Shown: piece after piece, positions 11,451 to 22,520 of the stretch
Numbering within the stretch: position 1 is the stretch's first letter
Layout: each line of letters starts with the position of its first letter
Source of the DNA: Basidiobolus meristosporus CBS 931.73
Taxonomy: Eukaryota > Fungi > Basidiobolomycota
Length of the DNA: 64,000 nucleotides
NCBI GenBank assembly: GCA_002104905.1
Contig: MCFE01000102.1
Coordinates: 1-64,000, forward strand
Direction of reading: 5' to 3'
The notes under the pieces: model-generated
Seen by the model: only the letters and a program-made list of their open reading frames with translations
What the model was told of the DNA's origin: nothing
The model's database searches: none
Made by a program: the position numbers and the translations under genes

Positions 11451-11762
11451 GTTGTTGTTCGATTCGGAGGTAGAAGCTATTTGTGGTGAGCTGATCAAAC
11501 GGAATGCGCTTTTATAGACGAGGAACGTAGTATAGGTGGCGTCGTACAAAGGTCGAATGTAGGAAAATTCTACAAATATTTCGAATGATGTGATGGTGAA
11601 GCCTATAAACCTGGAGCAGTAACCAAATTTCCTGGGCCAACATCTAGACTGATTATCAGCTAAAATCAACATCGAGATGAAAAAGATGCTTGCGGTAACT
11701 CCGTATTATATCATTCGCAGATCAGCATTTTGAGTTTGCCAAAATTCATACAAATGCGTTCT

Positions 11763-11822
11763 ACTTGTCCTCCCAATCCTGGATACCATTTGACTTGTCC
11801 TCCCAATCCTGGATACCATTTG
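11763..11822. repeat. Perfect 30-bp tandem duplication
   Basis: ACTTGTCCTCCCAATCCTGGATACCATTTG x2. Its first half resembles the LTR 3' end (CTACTTGTCCTCCCAATC). Confidence 0.8.
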
Positions 11823-13028
11823 ACTCCAATTATTACATACAGAATATTCTTTATACAAATCGCCAAGTGAACTTGTTGGTATAAGACGGAAATACTTTGG
11901 ATGATATTTTGCACATGTTTTGACTGGAACGAAACGCAATCATCCTTGAGTCGCCTTATACATCAGCACTGGTTTGAAATGCACGGAGTTCTTAAAGCCA
12001 TTTAGCATTAGCGTCTTTTTTGGTGAAAGATGATATTTATTTCTATATCAGAAGCGTTTCAACTATGCAAAGTTTTCCGAATATTGCAGGTTCGATGGGT
12101 CTTAATACTAATACAAATACCGGCTGATTAACGTAGTGCTATGATAGCGATTCTACATACAGTGATAGTTGTTGGTCTTGTTCATATCCATGCAGCTCTT
12201 TGGTGCCTTGCAGGTCTTCTCACACTGTTGTTTGGTAACGGCAACTACGCTGGCAGCGGCAATAACTGCAAGAGTGAAGAAGTGGACGAAGCGCATAGTA
12301 AAGTGAGTAGTGAGTGATATTGATTATCAGCTCTAACCATACATTTATATACTCCTTGGACGTATTCTCCTGTATGCACCCAACTACATATTCATGCACT
12401 GATTCACGATTTTTGCACATAGCATATATGCCTCACCCTATTCAAGCCAAACACACGATAACCGTATTGAATATTCCTCTCCCTTGAGAACGTGTGCATT
12501 GAATGATGTAGATTATTCAGTCTAGCTATACCCAAATGCTTCACAAACGGGATAAGGTGTTGGATATTTCCCAAAGCACAATTGGCGTGATTGAGCAAAT
12601 ACAAAAAGGGGGACTGCTTGCTGCATAAGAAATAAACGAAACATGGAAACAGAGGATCTGGAATATTTCAACGGACTAAGGATATGGAATAGAATGCTAC
12701 AGAATTACGTATGGTTTTTCTTTAAGAACCGGGTGTAACAACTGGTGGAATTTCAAATGGAGAAATGTGAGGTGGATTATTTGGTACGGTTTGGTGGCTA
12801 TGCTGGATAAAACAAGAAATTCCAATATTGTGTTATCAGATTCAAGCATCTGATTAGTCCTGGAACATCTGATAAATCAAAAGCTATGTTTGTATATAAT
12901 TGCCATTGCGGTGGTACGTTAGGTTACACGGCCTTCACTGTACCTTTACTAGGGTGTGCTAACAGTATAAATGCTCGCTACTTGTTCGTAAACTCTATCA
13001 CAAAGCTTGCTCTAATATACAAACAACT

Positions 13029-13602
13029 ATGCAACTTACTCCAGCCCTCCTAATTGCTATTGCCATGTCATTGGTACACGGCCAAACTGATTTCCCCTTC
13101 GAGAGAAACGGAGAATGTATTGACAAGTGCAGTTTGGTAATCCAAAGTTCGATCATTTTTTGAATTGAGTATTTAGTAACATAACTCTCTCGAATAGGCC
13201 ACAGGTACCAAGTTGATTGATGGTTTTACTGTGGATCCCACAAGCCCAGACTTCATGAAATCTCTTGATGTTTTTTGCGACAAGACTGGTCCTCATTATA
13301 ACGCTTACATGAACGAGGCTATGGAATGCATGGGAAAATTCCCCAAGGATCAGCTTGATGGCTTCATGAAGAACTTCAGACCTATCTGCAACTGGTACGG
13401 GGAAAAAGTTGGCAAAGATACCACTACAAACGCCTTGAACAAGCCCAAGTCTACTTCATCTCCATCTGCCACTGGTAGCTCACCATCATCCACTCCTACT
13501 GCCGATAATAATCAAACAAAGCCCAATTCATCCGCTTCCCTGCAGGCTACTACTCTTCTCTCTTTGGCAAGCATCTTTCTTGCTGCTGTTGCCCAGCTTT
13601 GA
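13029..13602 (+). CDS. Two-exon secreted, probably GPI-anchored Cys-containing cell-surface protein (exons 13029-13136, 13198-13602)
   Basis: Signal peptide MQLTPALLIAIAMSLVHG and a GT..AG intron that splices in frame. Small Cys domain, S/T-rich stalk, hydrophobic C-terminus SSASLQATTLLSLASIFLAAVAQL. Confidence 0.8.
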
Positions 13603-13986
13603 ATTGTCATTAATCCATGATCATTGATTAGCGCATCTGAATAAACTCTGTTAGAACTTGATCATCTGTACAGTATTATCTGAATCCATCATTTTTCTTT
13701 GACAGCAACAGAGGAAACCAGAAAGGTGCCGCACTAATGGCATTTGCAATGTTGGAGAGTTACCCAAGAATCTTTTCTGAGTTTTTTCATTAATCTACTG
13801 AGTCGATATCTGTTACTGCGCTTTTAAGCTTAATACTCAGAAGGGCATCCTTCCGCTATGAAAAACATTTATTGAAAGTTGCGGCAAAACTCTCAAACAT
13901 GTTACTTTGGATTTCCTTTCAATTTATCATCTTTATTTGTTAATGTTATGATTGATTGGTAATTTAGAAACTTTACATGTTATCTT

Positions 13987-15141
13987 TTAGATGCGACTCT
14001 TTTCATCTACAACAATTTTTACGTTACCAGGAGAGTAGTTGGGGAGAGATTCCATGGTTGGGTTTACAGGGGGGATATTGGTCTTTCTGCTCTTCTGTCT
14101 GTGACGGTAAGCAAAGAGACCGGCAACACCAAGAAGGGCAACGCCAACGAGGGATCCAATAGTGATTCCAGCAATCTGACCACCATTCAAACCTGCTGAC
14201 TTCAACTCGTGAGCATTGCCACGAAGGGTGTTTCCAAAGCAGTTGATTTCATTGGATTGGACACCTAACATGGCGCACATCTCCTTATCACCACCAAGGC
14301 AGGCATTTTGGGAGGTACTGCATCTTGGTAACATGCAGACTCCACTGTGATAATTCTCCCATTTGGCACAGTCCTTACTGCTGCTAGCGTATTGGCTAAG
14401 AGTGGTTGGAATATCGCAAAAGTAAGTGTAGGTGTCATTCAGACGAGCGACAAATGGTGTGGCCTTGTCACTGGTACACTCAGAACTAGCGCTGGCCTCA
14501 GGAAGGCAGAATTTTCCGTAGTGACAGGTGTGGCCAGCAATAGGACAGCTCGTGGAGGAACTGCAGAAGTACTGGGACATGCTGGTGGCGGTTTGAGGAG
14601 TAACCTCCTTCAAAAGACATACGCCATGATGAAATGTTTCCCAGGAAGCACAGGCACTGGAATCAACGGCTTGAGCGCTAAGAGTCTCGGGGATTTTGCA
14701 AAACTTGGTGTAGACATCGCTAACGCGCGCAACGAAAGATTGCGAGCAGTCAGAATTTGCCTGAACCTCGGAGACACAATACTTGTTGTCTTTACAGGTA
14801 TCTCCAGCGATAGGACAGGCCTTGCTGGAGTCACAGTAGTAGGACTCGATCGATTTCGCAACCAGATTGACATTTCCCTCCTTCAGAATGCAAATACCAT
14901 GATGGTAAGTTTCGTAGGAGGCGCAACCGCTAGCATCGGCTACTTGAGCATCGATGTTGATGGCAGCACTGCAAAACTTAGTATAAGCACTACCGATACG
15001 AGCCACAAATGGTTTGTCACAGCTAGCCGAAGCTTCGACCTCAGACACGCAGTACTTGCTGTCCTTGCAGGTATATCCTTGGAGTGAGCAGCTATTTTGA
15101 GCGTTGCAATAGTAAGCATCAGGAGAGGCGGCAAGAGACAT
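13987..15141 (-). CDS. Single-pass membrane protein with three 8-Cys repeats, function unknown
   Basis: Three ~80-aa repeats (YxC..C..TC..KxC..C..FVAR..xFC..C..E.xHxGxC) precede a TM segment GQIAGITIGSLVGVALLGVAGLFAY and basic RHRQK. First in-frame ATG is 15141, downstream of TATAAATA. Confidence 0.8.
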   Translation of the reverse strand: MSLAASPDAYYCNAQNSCSLQGYTCKDSKYCVSEVEASASCDKPFVARIGSAYTKFCSAAINIDAQVADASGCASYETYHHGICILKEGNVNLVAKSIESYYCDSSKACPIAGDTCKDNKYCVSEVQANSDCSQSFVARVSDVYTKFCKIPETLSAQAVDSSACASWETFHHGVCLLKEVTPQTATSMSQYFCSSSTSCPIAGHTCHYGKFCLPEASASSECTSDKATPFVARLNDTYTYFCDIPTTLSQYASSSKDCAKWENYHSGVCMLPRCSTSQNACLGGDKEMCAMLGVQSNEINCFGNTLRGNAHELKSAGLNGGQIAGITIGSLVGVALLGVAGLFAYRHRQKSRKTNIPPVNPTMESLPNYSPGNVKIVVDEKSRI

Positions 15142-16468
15142 ATTCGGAAGTTGTAACGATTGAGAAACCCGTGAAGCGGTGGACTGCAAGGTACCAATTG
15201 TATAGACGAGTGGCGCATATTTATAGATAAATTTTCGCGTGGTCTAACAAGGGTACGCCAAAGTCTAGATAAACCACCGTTTGCCGTACCACTTCTGACT
15301 CTGAACGCGGATAGTACCACCGAATGAAGTACATTTCGAGGCATAAGTTTCACAGGTTGGTATTCGAAGGGGTGACGGGAAATTTAGCTAGCACTGTTTT
15401 CCGTTTATGAGTGTTGGCCGCCACCAAAGGTCCGTTTGCCAGACCGACAATCTATGACTTCATCCTATTCTCTTTGTCTGACAATTTGGTCCTACCATCC
15501 TGCATACTGTACCACAAAATGATTTCCATAGAACCATCTGATAAATCCATCTGATAATTCAGCCTTCTATATTGGGTGGATTGAGGTGAATTAACATGAG
15601 GTTTTGCTAATTGTTAATCGAATACCTCCGAGACCAAGAATCTATTAGAGCTTAGATACTCCTGTCCACTACTTGGGTATTCGTATGCAAAGAACCTGAT
15701 CTGGTGGTTTTAAGCTTAAAAATCCCAAACAAGCCTGGTGGAACGCTGGGGATCAACCTCTATTACGGTTCGTACGTGTGAACATCGAATCTTTCCTTAT
15801 CGTTCCAGCTATTCCTGAAGATCTTCTAATATTCTAGATTGCCAATTCAACCAGTGTTGGTGAGTTCTCCACCAAAATCTCTTGCGTTTTGGTCATAGAA
15901 AACTTGGGGTTGATATCGATTAACCGCTTGTACCAACTGGTTTCCTGGCGGCAACGTGGAAAATTGGATGAAGACAATAAATGCTAATCGCTTAGTCTGA
16001 TCAGGTTACTGACAAACTCCATCGATACTTCAAGACGGGAGATGCCATAGTATCCAAAATCCATCTTGATTTCTCCTGAGATTCATCACAGATTGCGATT
16101 CAAGCGCTCGAGTAAATGCTTCCTCAGCTAATTACCCAGATCTTAAGGAAAGCCGCTAATTTATTATCAATATTTCGGCTTTCCCACTCAATAACTTTAA
16201 GGAAAATTGGATTTCTGCTGGCATTATGGAAGCATTCTGTTGGTCTTTGGTAAGTTTTTCCTGATCGGGTACCATGTATTTGTAGACTCTATTCACAATG
16301 CTACAAATATCTACTCATGCTTCTGGCTACATCTGGAAGAAATTCTACTCCAACTTGGATTCCTTGGGACTTGAAATTTCCTGCAAGCTTTGTATGCATA
16401 TGACTACAAATGCTTTAAACAGGATCTTGAGGATTGTGCACAAGCTTTAGGGTCTCTTGGGTACATTT

Positions 16469-16813
16469 TGAAGAGTCTTGGCGATACTGGGAGTGATTGG
16501 GTGAACAAGTAGATTATGTGGTTTTCACATAATGATTTATTGAATATAAAAGTGGTCTTTATACTTTTACTTGGTCTTGGCAAAATAAACACATTGAATA
16601 TACTTATGAAGGTCCCAAGAACATGTATGCAAAGCTTGGGGCTGTTTGAATAATCTTACAAATTTATATGTTCTGGGTACCTTGTATTTTGGTGAGAATA
16701 TTTCAGGTCAATCCCAACAAGGAATCTGTCCAGTATTCTCTAAGACTAGTAGATGAGGATCTAAGTGACTAAGCTAGGTAAGTATTTTGGTGGAACCACA
16801 CATCTTTACAATA
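16469..16813 (-). mobile_element. Solo Copia LTR with 5-bp TSD
   Basis: Reverse-complement match to the LTR consensus. CATTT lies on both flanks (16464-16468, 16814-16818), assuming a 4-bp deletion near the left terminus. Confidence 0.85.
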
Positions 16814-17408
16814 CATTTTGATTGCTTCAATACTTTCACTAAATCCTACCACTGATAAATCCCATGCAGAATTCATTCTAGCATATATGCACTATCAGGT
16901 GCTAAACCTACTACTTTGCTGCATATATCAATGTCTTGAAGAAGGCTTTGGAATAAAATGCTTAGAGTTTGCGGTTGTGTTGATGAGTTTTTGCACTATT
17001 ACAGCAGTAATATTGAAGTGTGCATTACCCAACATGTTGGTCAAGTATGTTGTAAAGCTCTGGAAGTATATAAATGGTTGGAGAACTGGAGGAGTTGCAT
17101 CCATATTCACATTTGTCTACTTCAGGTCATGAAAATATTGATACTCTTGGATAAACTTCCTAGAGTAAATAGTAAGCATGTCTTGTATATGCTCCTAGAA
17201 AGTGGTATGCAATGCTTGGGGGCTTCCAGAGGCATTTGATAGCTCCCACAACCTCCAGGCCTTCACAAATTCTGAGAACAGCAAATATCATCAAACCAAG
17301 CTCTGACTAAATAAGTTACAATTTATTAATAGCAAATATGATCCCAAAGTGCATCGAGTGGCTTAGGTGTAGACTAGGTACTTGCAATGCTGAGCTTACC
17401 TTCTTTAT

Positions 17409-18107
17409 TATTGCAAGAATCATGGATATGCTGGAAGTGATTGAATGAATAAGTAGATTATGCTACTTTCACTTAATGATTTATCAAATGTGAATGACAT
17501 TTTTACACTTAGATAGTTTTAGCAGAGTGAATGCACTAAGTAGCTCTGGTAGAGCTCAAAATTGTGTGTACAGATTATGGGGACTATTGGACAACTGCTG
17601 TTCTATGAGTATAGGAAGATATTGTAAGTGATTGGGCAAATAAGTAGATTATATGGCTTTCACTTAATGATTTATTGAATGTAATAGTAGTATTTGTACT
17701 TTTACTTGGCCTTGGCAAAATAAACACGTAAAGTATGTTTACGAAGGTCCCAGGAACAAGTGTGCAAAGTTTGGGGCTGCTTAGACAACTTTAAGAATTT
17801 TCATTTTCTGCGTACCTGATGTTATGGTGAAAATATTCCAAGTAAATCCCGACAAGGAATTTGGTCAGTATTCTCTAGAGTTTATAGGTAGCGATCTACG
17901 TGACCAAGTTAGGTGAATATTCAGGTGGAATTACGACTTTTTACAACAACTTTGAGGATTCCCACATACTTGGTACCTCATATTCTAGTAAAATACCCCA
18001 AGCAAGTCCCAACAAAGAATCTGAGCGATATACTCTACCACTCTTAGACTATAATCCAGGTGACTAGGTTAATAAAATATTCAGATGTAATTACAAAGTT
18101 TACAATA
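17409..18107 (-). mobile_element. Older solo LTR split by a nested LTR insertion
   Basis: Left half ends GGGGACTATTGGACAACTGC. Right half resumes ACTTTGAGG...GGTACC...TTTACAATA after the inner LTR. Confidence 0.7.
17599..17948 (-). mobile_element. Younger solo Copia LTR nested in an older LTR
   Basis: Full-length TGTT...TTTACAACA copy that retains several CpGs. Flanks are ACTGC and ACTTT, a degenerate TSD. Confidence 0.85.
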
Positions 18108-19121
18108 TCTACAACACATTCTCAGCTTAGAGTTTCTTAATAGATCTTGCAAGCTGTATGTATAGGATCTATTGTGGTGCTTATAGCAATGCAAATATGA
18201 TCTACATATATATGGATGGTACTTCTGTGAGTCCATGGATATAAATTTTCTTAGCCCACTAAGATGTGCTGACTATCTAATATACTGATATCTGATTAGT
18301 CCGGTGCAATACTGATCATACGCAATAGTAGCGGTACAGGCGCCTTTACAGAACTTGAAAGCTAACCCGTAGTCTCACCCTGTCAATATTACACGCATTT
18401 GGGCTGTGGAATGCTATATTATTTTGATAAGAATCTTACAGTCATAACCATGGATATTTGAACAGTATTGAAAGTACATAGAGAAGTAAACCAATAGTAC
18501 GCGTGATGAACGATAATTATAATATCCAAAAAGAGAACCTTTGCGGGTTAGACATGTCAAAGCAAATACCAAGCAAGTAAATATTAAAAATTGCATGGAC
18601 CTATTTACAAAATAGTCTTCGAGATGAAACAAAAGTTGACGCGTGCCAATTATAAAATATCAAAGTTTGTCAGAAATGGTATGAAGTTGATTATATATTT
18701 GGTTAGATTTGATCAACCACCCTTGGCATTGTCCTTGCACGTGACACGTCGCGAGTGAAGGGAATCAACTTTAGAGTTTGCCCTGGTGTGTCTCGTATTG
18801 TATGTCGTATTTCATATCGCGTTGCCTTTCACATACAGCTGTCTCAAATACCATAGCTATGTGATAATAATTGTTGGTAATACTCCGAGCTTTCTTCACA
18901 TCGGGTGGGTGAATAATATGAACTTTTTCACATTTGGTGAGTGAATATTTAATAAATGACAATCGGGCCAATTGCTTAAATTGGAACCACCCAACCTAGT
19001 TACATTACCTAGTTTAATTGATCTTAATTGGCACACATCGCGTTCGGCAATTATTACCTAATCAATTACAAAGAACTATATAAACAGCACTAGACTCTCC
19101 CAAAATTTAGACTACAATACG

Positions 19122-20705
19122 ATGAGTAACGAAAAACACGAACAAGATAAGGAGCTCGACTACGTTGAAAACCAAATTGAAGAGCAACCAAACCCCGACG
19201 ATGTACAGAAACGCATTGCCGGAAAAGTTCCGCTTGCTGCCTGGTTTATTATCATCACTGAGCTATGTGAGCGATTTGCCTTCTACGGTGCTTCCCTCAT
19301 GTTCCAGCCCTATATGCTGAAAATGCTTGGTTTCAGCAAGGGCACTGCCACTGCTGTAAACAGAGGCTTTCAATTCCTAGCTTACTTCACCACTATCCTC
19401 GGCGCTGTTGTTGCCGATAGATATGTCGGCAAGTTCAAGACAATCGTCATCTTTTCTCTCTTTTACATGATCGGTCTGATCATCTTAGCGCTCAGTGCGC
19501 TTCCTTCGTCCCTTGACGGAAGCTTTGGAGTGATCGGGTTCATTATTGCTTTGTATGCCTTCATCTCCTTTGGTACTGGTGGTATCAAATCCAATGTTTC
19601 ATCCTTTGCTGCTGAACAAATCAAAGAGGGAATCTTCCCAACCAAGACTCCTGGCGTATATATCGACTCTCAGCTGACAGTGGAGAGAATCTTCCGTTTC
19701 TTCTACTGGGCAATCAACTGTGGTGCCTTGCTAGGCCAATTCATCTGCCCCATTGTCGCCAATGATTATGGATCCTACCCTCTTGCCTACTCCCTCCCAG
19801 CCATTATGTTTGTGTTGGGTTTGGTCATCTTTGTTTCAGCCAAGAGACTGTACTACGTCAAGCCTCCCTCTGGAACTGTCCTCTCAAAAACCTACTCCTG
19901 CATCAAGTATGCTCTCTCTCACCGCAAGGCTCCTCTTGATAACGCCAAAACCAATGGACCTATTGAGCATTGGTTGGACTACGCCAAGGTTGATGGGTTT
20001 GAATGGGACGACAGCTTTGTTGAGGATTTGAAGAAGACCCTTCGCGCATCCTTGGTATTCCTGTTCTATCCATTCTACTGGGCATTGTACTACAACATGT
20101 CGGATAACTTCATCAACATGGGCCTTACTATGCAACGCCCCTCCTTCATTAGTGGCCCTGAGCAGCTCAATCTCATCAACAGTCTTGTCTTGGTTGTGGC
20201 CATTCCAATCTTTGACACTGTTGTCTTCCCACTCCTGAGAAGAATGGGCTGCCGCCTTGGCCCTATTACACGTATTACCATTGGCTTCACTATCGCTACT
20301 CTGGCCTTTGTTTACGTCACAATTCTGCAAGACCAAGTCTACAAGACCGGCCCTTACTACAACTTCACCGACTTGAGTGGTTTGCCAGCGGGAGAGCAGC
20401 CAGTCAACGACATCACTATCTGGTGGCAAATAATCCCCTTCGTTGGCATCGCTATCTCGGAGATTTTCGCCTCGGTTACCGGACTGGAATTTGCATTCAG
20501 ACAAGCCGCACCCGAACTCAAGTCGGTCGTCACCGCCCTATTCCTGTTCACCAACTGTGGTGGTAGTCTGATCGGATTGGTCCTAGCCATCTGGAGTAAC
20601 GATCCCAACTTTGTCTATGTATTCGGCATTCAGACCGGGCTTATGGGAGTCATGACAATTATTTTCTACTGGTTATTCCGGAAGTATGATACTATTGACT
20701 GTTAG
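19122..20705 (+). CDS. PTR2: Proton-dependent oligopeptide transporter (POT/PTR family), single exon
   Basis: ELCERFAFYG (ExxER motif), GAVVADRYVGKFKTI, GTGGIKSNVSSFAAEQ, FFYWAINCGAL and SEIFASVTGLEFAFRQAAPELKS. About 12 TM segments. Confidence 0.95.
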   Translation: MSNEKHEQDKELDYVENQIEEQPNPDDVQKRIAGKVPLAAWFIIITELCERFAFYGASLMFQPYMLKMLGFSKGTATAVNRGFQFLAYFTTILGAVVADRYVGKFKTIVIFSLFYMIGLIILALSALPSSLDGSFGVIGFIIALYAFISFGTGGIKSNVSSFAAEQIKEGIFPTKTPGVYIDSQLTVERIFRFFYWAINCGALLGQFICPIVANDYGSYPLAYSLPAIMFVLGLVIFVSAKRLYYVKPPSGTVLSKTYSCIKYALSHRKAPLDNAKTNGPIEHWLDYAKVDGFEWDDSFVEDLKKTLRASLVFLFYPFYWALYYNMSDNFINMGLTMQRPSFISGPEQLNLINSLVLVVAIPIFDTVVFPLLRRMGCRLGPITRITIGFTIATLAFVYVTILQDQVYKTGPYYNFTDLSGLPAGEQPVNDITIWWQIIPFVGIAISEIFASVTGLEFAFRQAAPELKSVVTALFLFTNCGGSLIGLVLAIWSNDPNFVYVFGIQTGLMGVMTIIFYWLFRKYDTIDC

Positions 20706-20852
20706 ACCTTTCCAGTACCATAACAAACCCGTAACATTTTCTATTATAATATAACTAATAAATCAGTACGCCTCCATACCCAACCAAATCAACTATATGG
20801 ACATTTCTATCACCACAACAATCGAAATTTATCTACTGCATTTATTGTGAGA

Positions 20853-21629
20853 TCAGATTGGCTTACGTGCCTCAATGATGAATCGGGTTGTGTGTGCAAC
20901 GAAAGGTCCCGAAGCTTGGATTTGATCATGCAGAGCACGTAACTTATCGTGATACTTTTCAACAGTGAAGCCAGGAACCATCCAAATCACCTTTCGAAGA
21001 AAATATACAACGGCGCCAACGTCGTTGAACTCTGTACGTAGAGTCTCTAGTCTGAGGTCGACGATCTCAAGGCCAGCAGCCTCGGCTTCAGCCCTGGCTT
21101 CTTCAGGATCGCGACACTTGCGAGCTTCTGGTTGGGGGCCGAGGAAGTACTCCACGACCTCGAAGACACTGGCGGGGCCAACTTGCTGAGAATAATATAT
21201 TCCACCGGGTCGCAAAACCCGAGCAATTTCGTTCCAGTAGGTTTTCACTGGGTGACGGCTAACCACAAGGTCGAAAGCATTATCGGCAAAAGGAAGTGGC
21301 GGTTGGTCCTCATCGGCAACAACAACAACTCCACGTGGATGAAGAAGTTCAGTGGCTTTCTTTACATTAGGAGGCCACGATTCAGTGGCGACAGTAAGAA
21401 GGGGAAGCTTAGGTACACTAGCAAGGACCTCGCCGCCGCCGGTTTGGATATCCAGTGCAGCAGTTGCTTTTGCCATGCGCTCACCCATCGAACGTGAATA
21501 TCCCCATGAAGGGCGTTGTTCCGAAGCACGCCCGTCTAACCAAGAGAAGTCCCACCCATCTACAGATACCGAGTTTGCTTCTGCAATAAGCTCTTCAAAG
21601 CTCATCTGGGCAGGCGTTTTGGCAGTCAT
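20853..21629 (-). CDS. Class I SAM-dependent methyltransferase of bacterial (Actinobacteria-like) type, intronless
   Basis: Motif I LDIQTGGGE, LPFADNAFDLVVSRHP and EIARVLRPGG. N-terminal GWDFSWLDGR...PSWGY and C-terminal DVGAVVYFLRKVIW..PGFTV resemble actinobacterial proteins as I recall them; no search was run. Confidence 0.88.
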   Translation of the reverse strand: MTAKTPAQMSFEELIAEANSVSVDGWDFSWLDGRASEQRPSWGYSRSMGERMAKATAALDIQTGGGEVLASVPKLPLLTVATESWPPNVKKATELLHPRGVVVVADEDQPPLPFADNAFDLVVSRHPVKTYWNEIARVLRPGGIYYSQQVGPASVFEVVEYFLGPQPEARKCRDPEEARAEAEAAGLEIVDLRLETLRTEFNDVGAVVYFLRKVIWMVPGFTVEKYHDKLRALHDQIQASGPFVAHTTRFIIEARKPI

Positions 21630-21999
21630 GGATTAAAGAATAGAAATATAAATTAGTATATATAGTGAAAAACAAGGTTGTATGCACTGCTCAATATATG
21701 AAGATTACACTAGTTTGGGCCTATTTATACCTCAGATCCCTTCTGAATCCGCAGCCCCCCATGATTATTTAAAGGAATGAGGCGTTTGTTGAATTTTGTA
21801 GCGTCGCACCATCAGTAGCGATTGGAGTCCACAAAGCCCATCGATAATTATATATACAATCTGTGGATTGAATATATATATGGATTCTTTTGAAAGGCGG
21901 TAGTCTGGTGGAGTTATGGGTCTGTAACATGCCCATGCAAGTATTATAGGTCCTCTGCTAGAACTATACGTAATGGTGCATACTAAGAGCAAATCCAGA

Positions 22000-22230
22000 T
22001 ATGCCTAAGCATCAATCCTAATCAAGCACTTTGCAGCAGCCCATGTTCAGTGTGATTACAGTAGTGGAGCCAAAAAGAGTACAGCCAGGAACTGAGTCAA
22101 TCATAGTGCCCCACTGTTTGTCAGACGTTGATTCGACCATCATCCTCAGTGAATTGACCCAATTCCAGAAAATTAGTTGGTGATAGGTGATGCCTCAAGA
22201 ATTGGGCTAATCAATTTAACCGGTTTCTCG
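22000..22230 (-). mobile_element. Possible decayed Tc1/mariner transposase fragment
   Basis: Interrupted minus-strand translation RLN*LAQFLRHH...QFTEDDGRINV*Q...MGC loosely follows the Tc1 pattern RLxW...DESxF..DGR..VWR...WGC. Confidence 0.25.
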
Positions 22231-22520
22231 ACCTTCCAATGAGTGATCTTGGGTGGGATTTATCCTAAAAATATGATGGTTGGTTTGCAAATGATAGGTA
22301 CTTGAGCTTTACTTGCTAAATTATTACACGGATAGTGGAAAATCGGGGAAATCGAGATACACAAAATGTACAATGCGGATTCTACAGAATGTATTTCAAA
22401 TTGGAAGCAATATACAGGAGCAAATGATCACTGGTGGTCAACCTGAAGGGCATTAATAGGTGAGGTACAGCATGATGCATAATAAATATTAAGGTCGGAG
22501 GTGTGGTATTCTCTAGGGGA

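Noticed and set aside
11451-11672. 74-aa N-terminal extension of allantoicase in the ORF track
   Set aside because: Starts at TTG. The ATG at 11450 gives the family-typical ~345 aa.
12220-12604. Short Leu/Cys-rich ORFs, possibly an F-box/LRR relic
   Set aside because: No convincing repeat register or splice model.
14347-15087. 246-aa antisense ORF, plus similar long antisense/overlapping ORFs over catalase, PTR2, PHO84, the P5 ATPase and the Gly-rich genes (e.g. Pro/His-rich PPPCQ ORFs)
   Set aside because: These are shadows of codon bias and low-complexity repeats on the true coding strand.
15600-16330. Possible decayed gene on the minus strand
   Set aside because: Multiple stops in all frames and no identifiable motif.
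18738-18745. CACGTGAC (Cbf1/Pho4-type E-box) upstream of PTR2
   Set aside because: A single short site that is expected by chance, with no second line of support.
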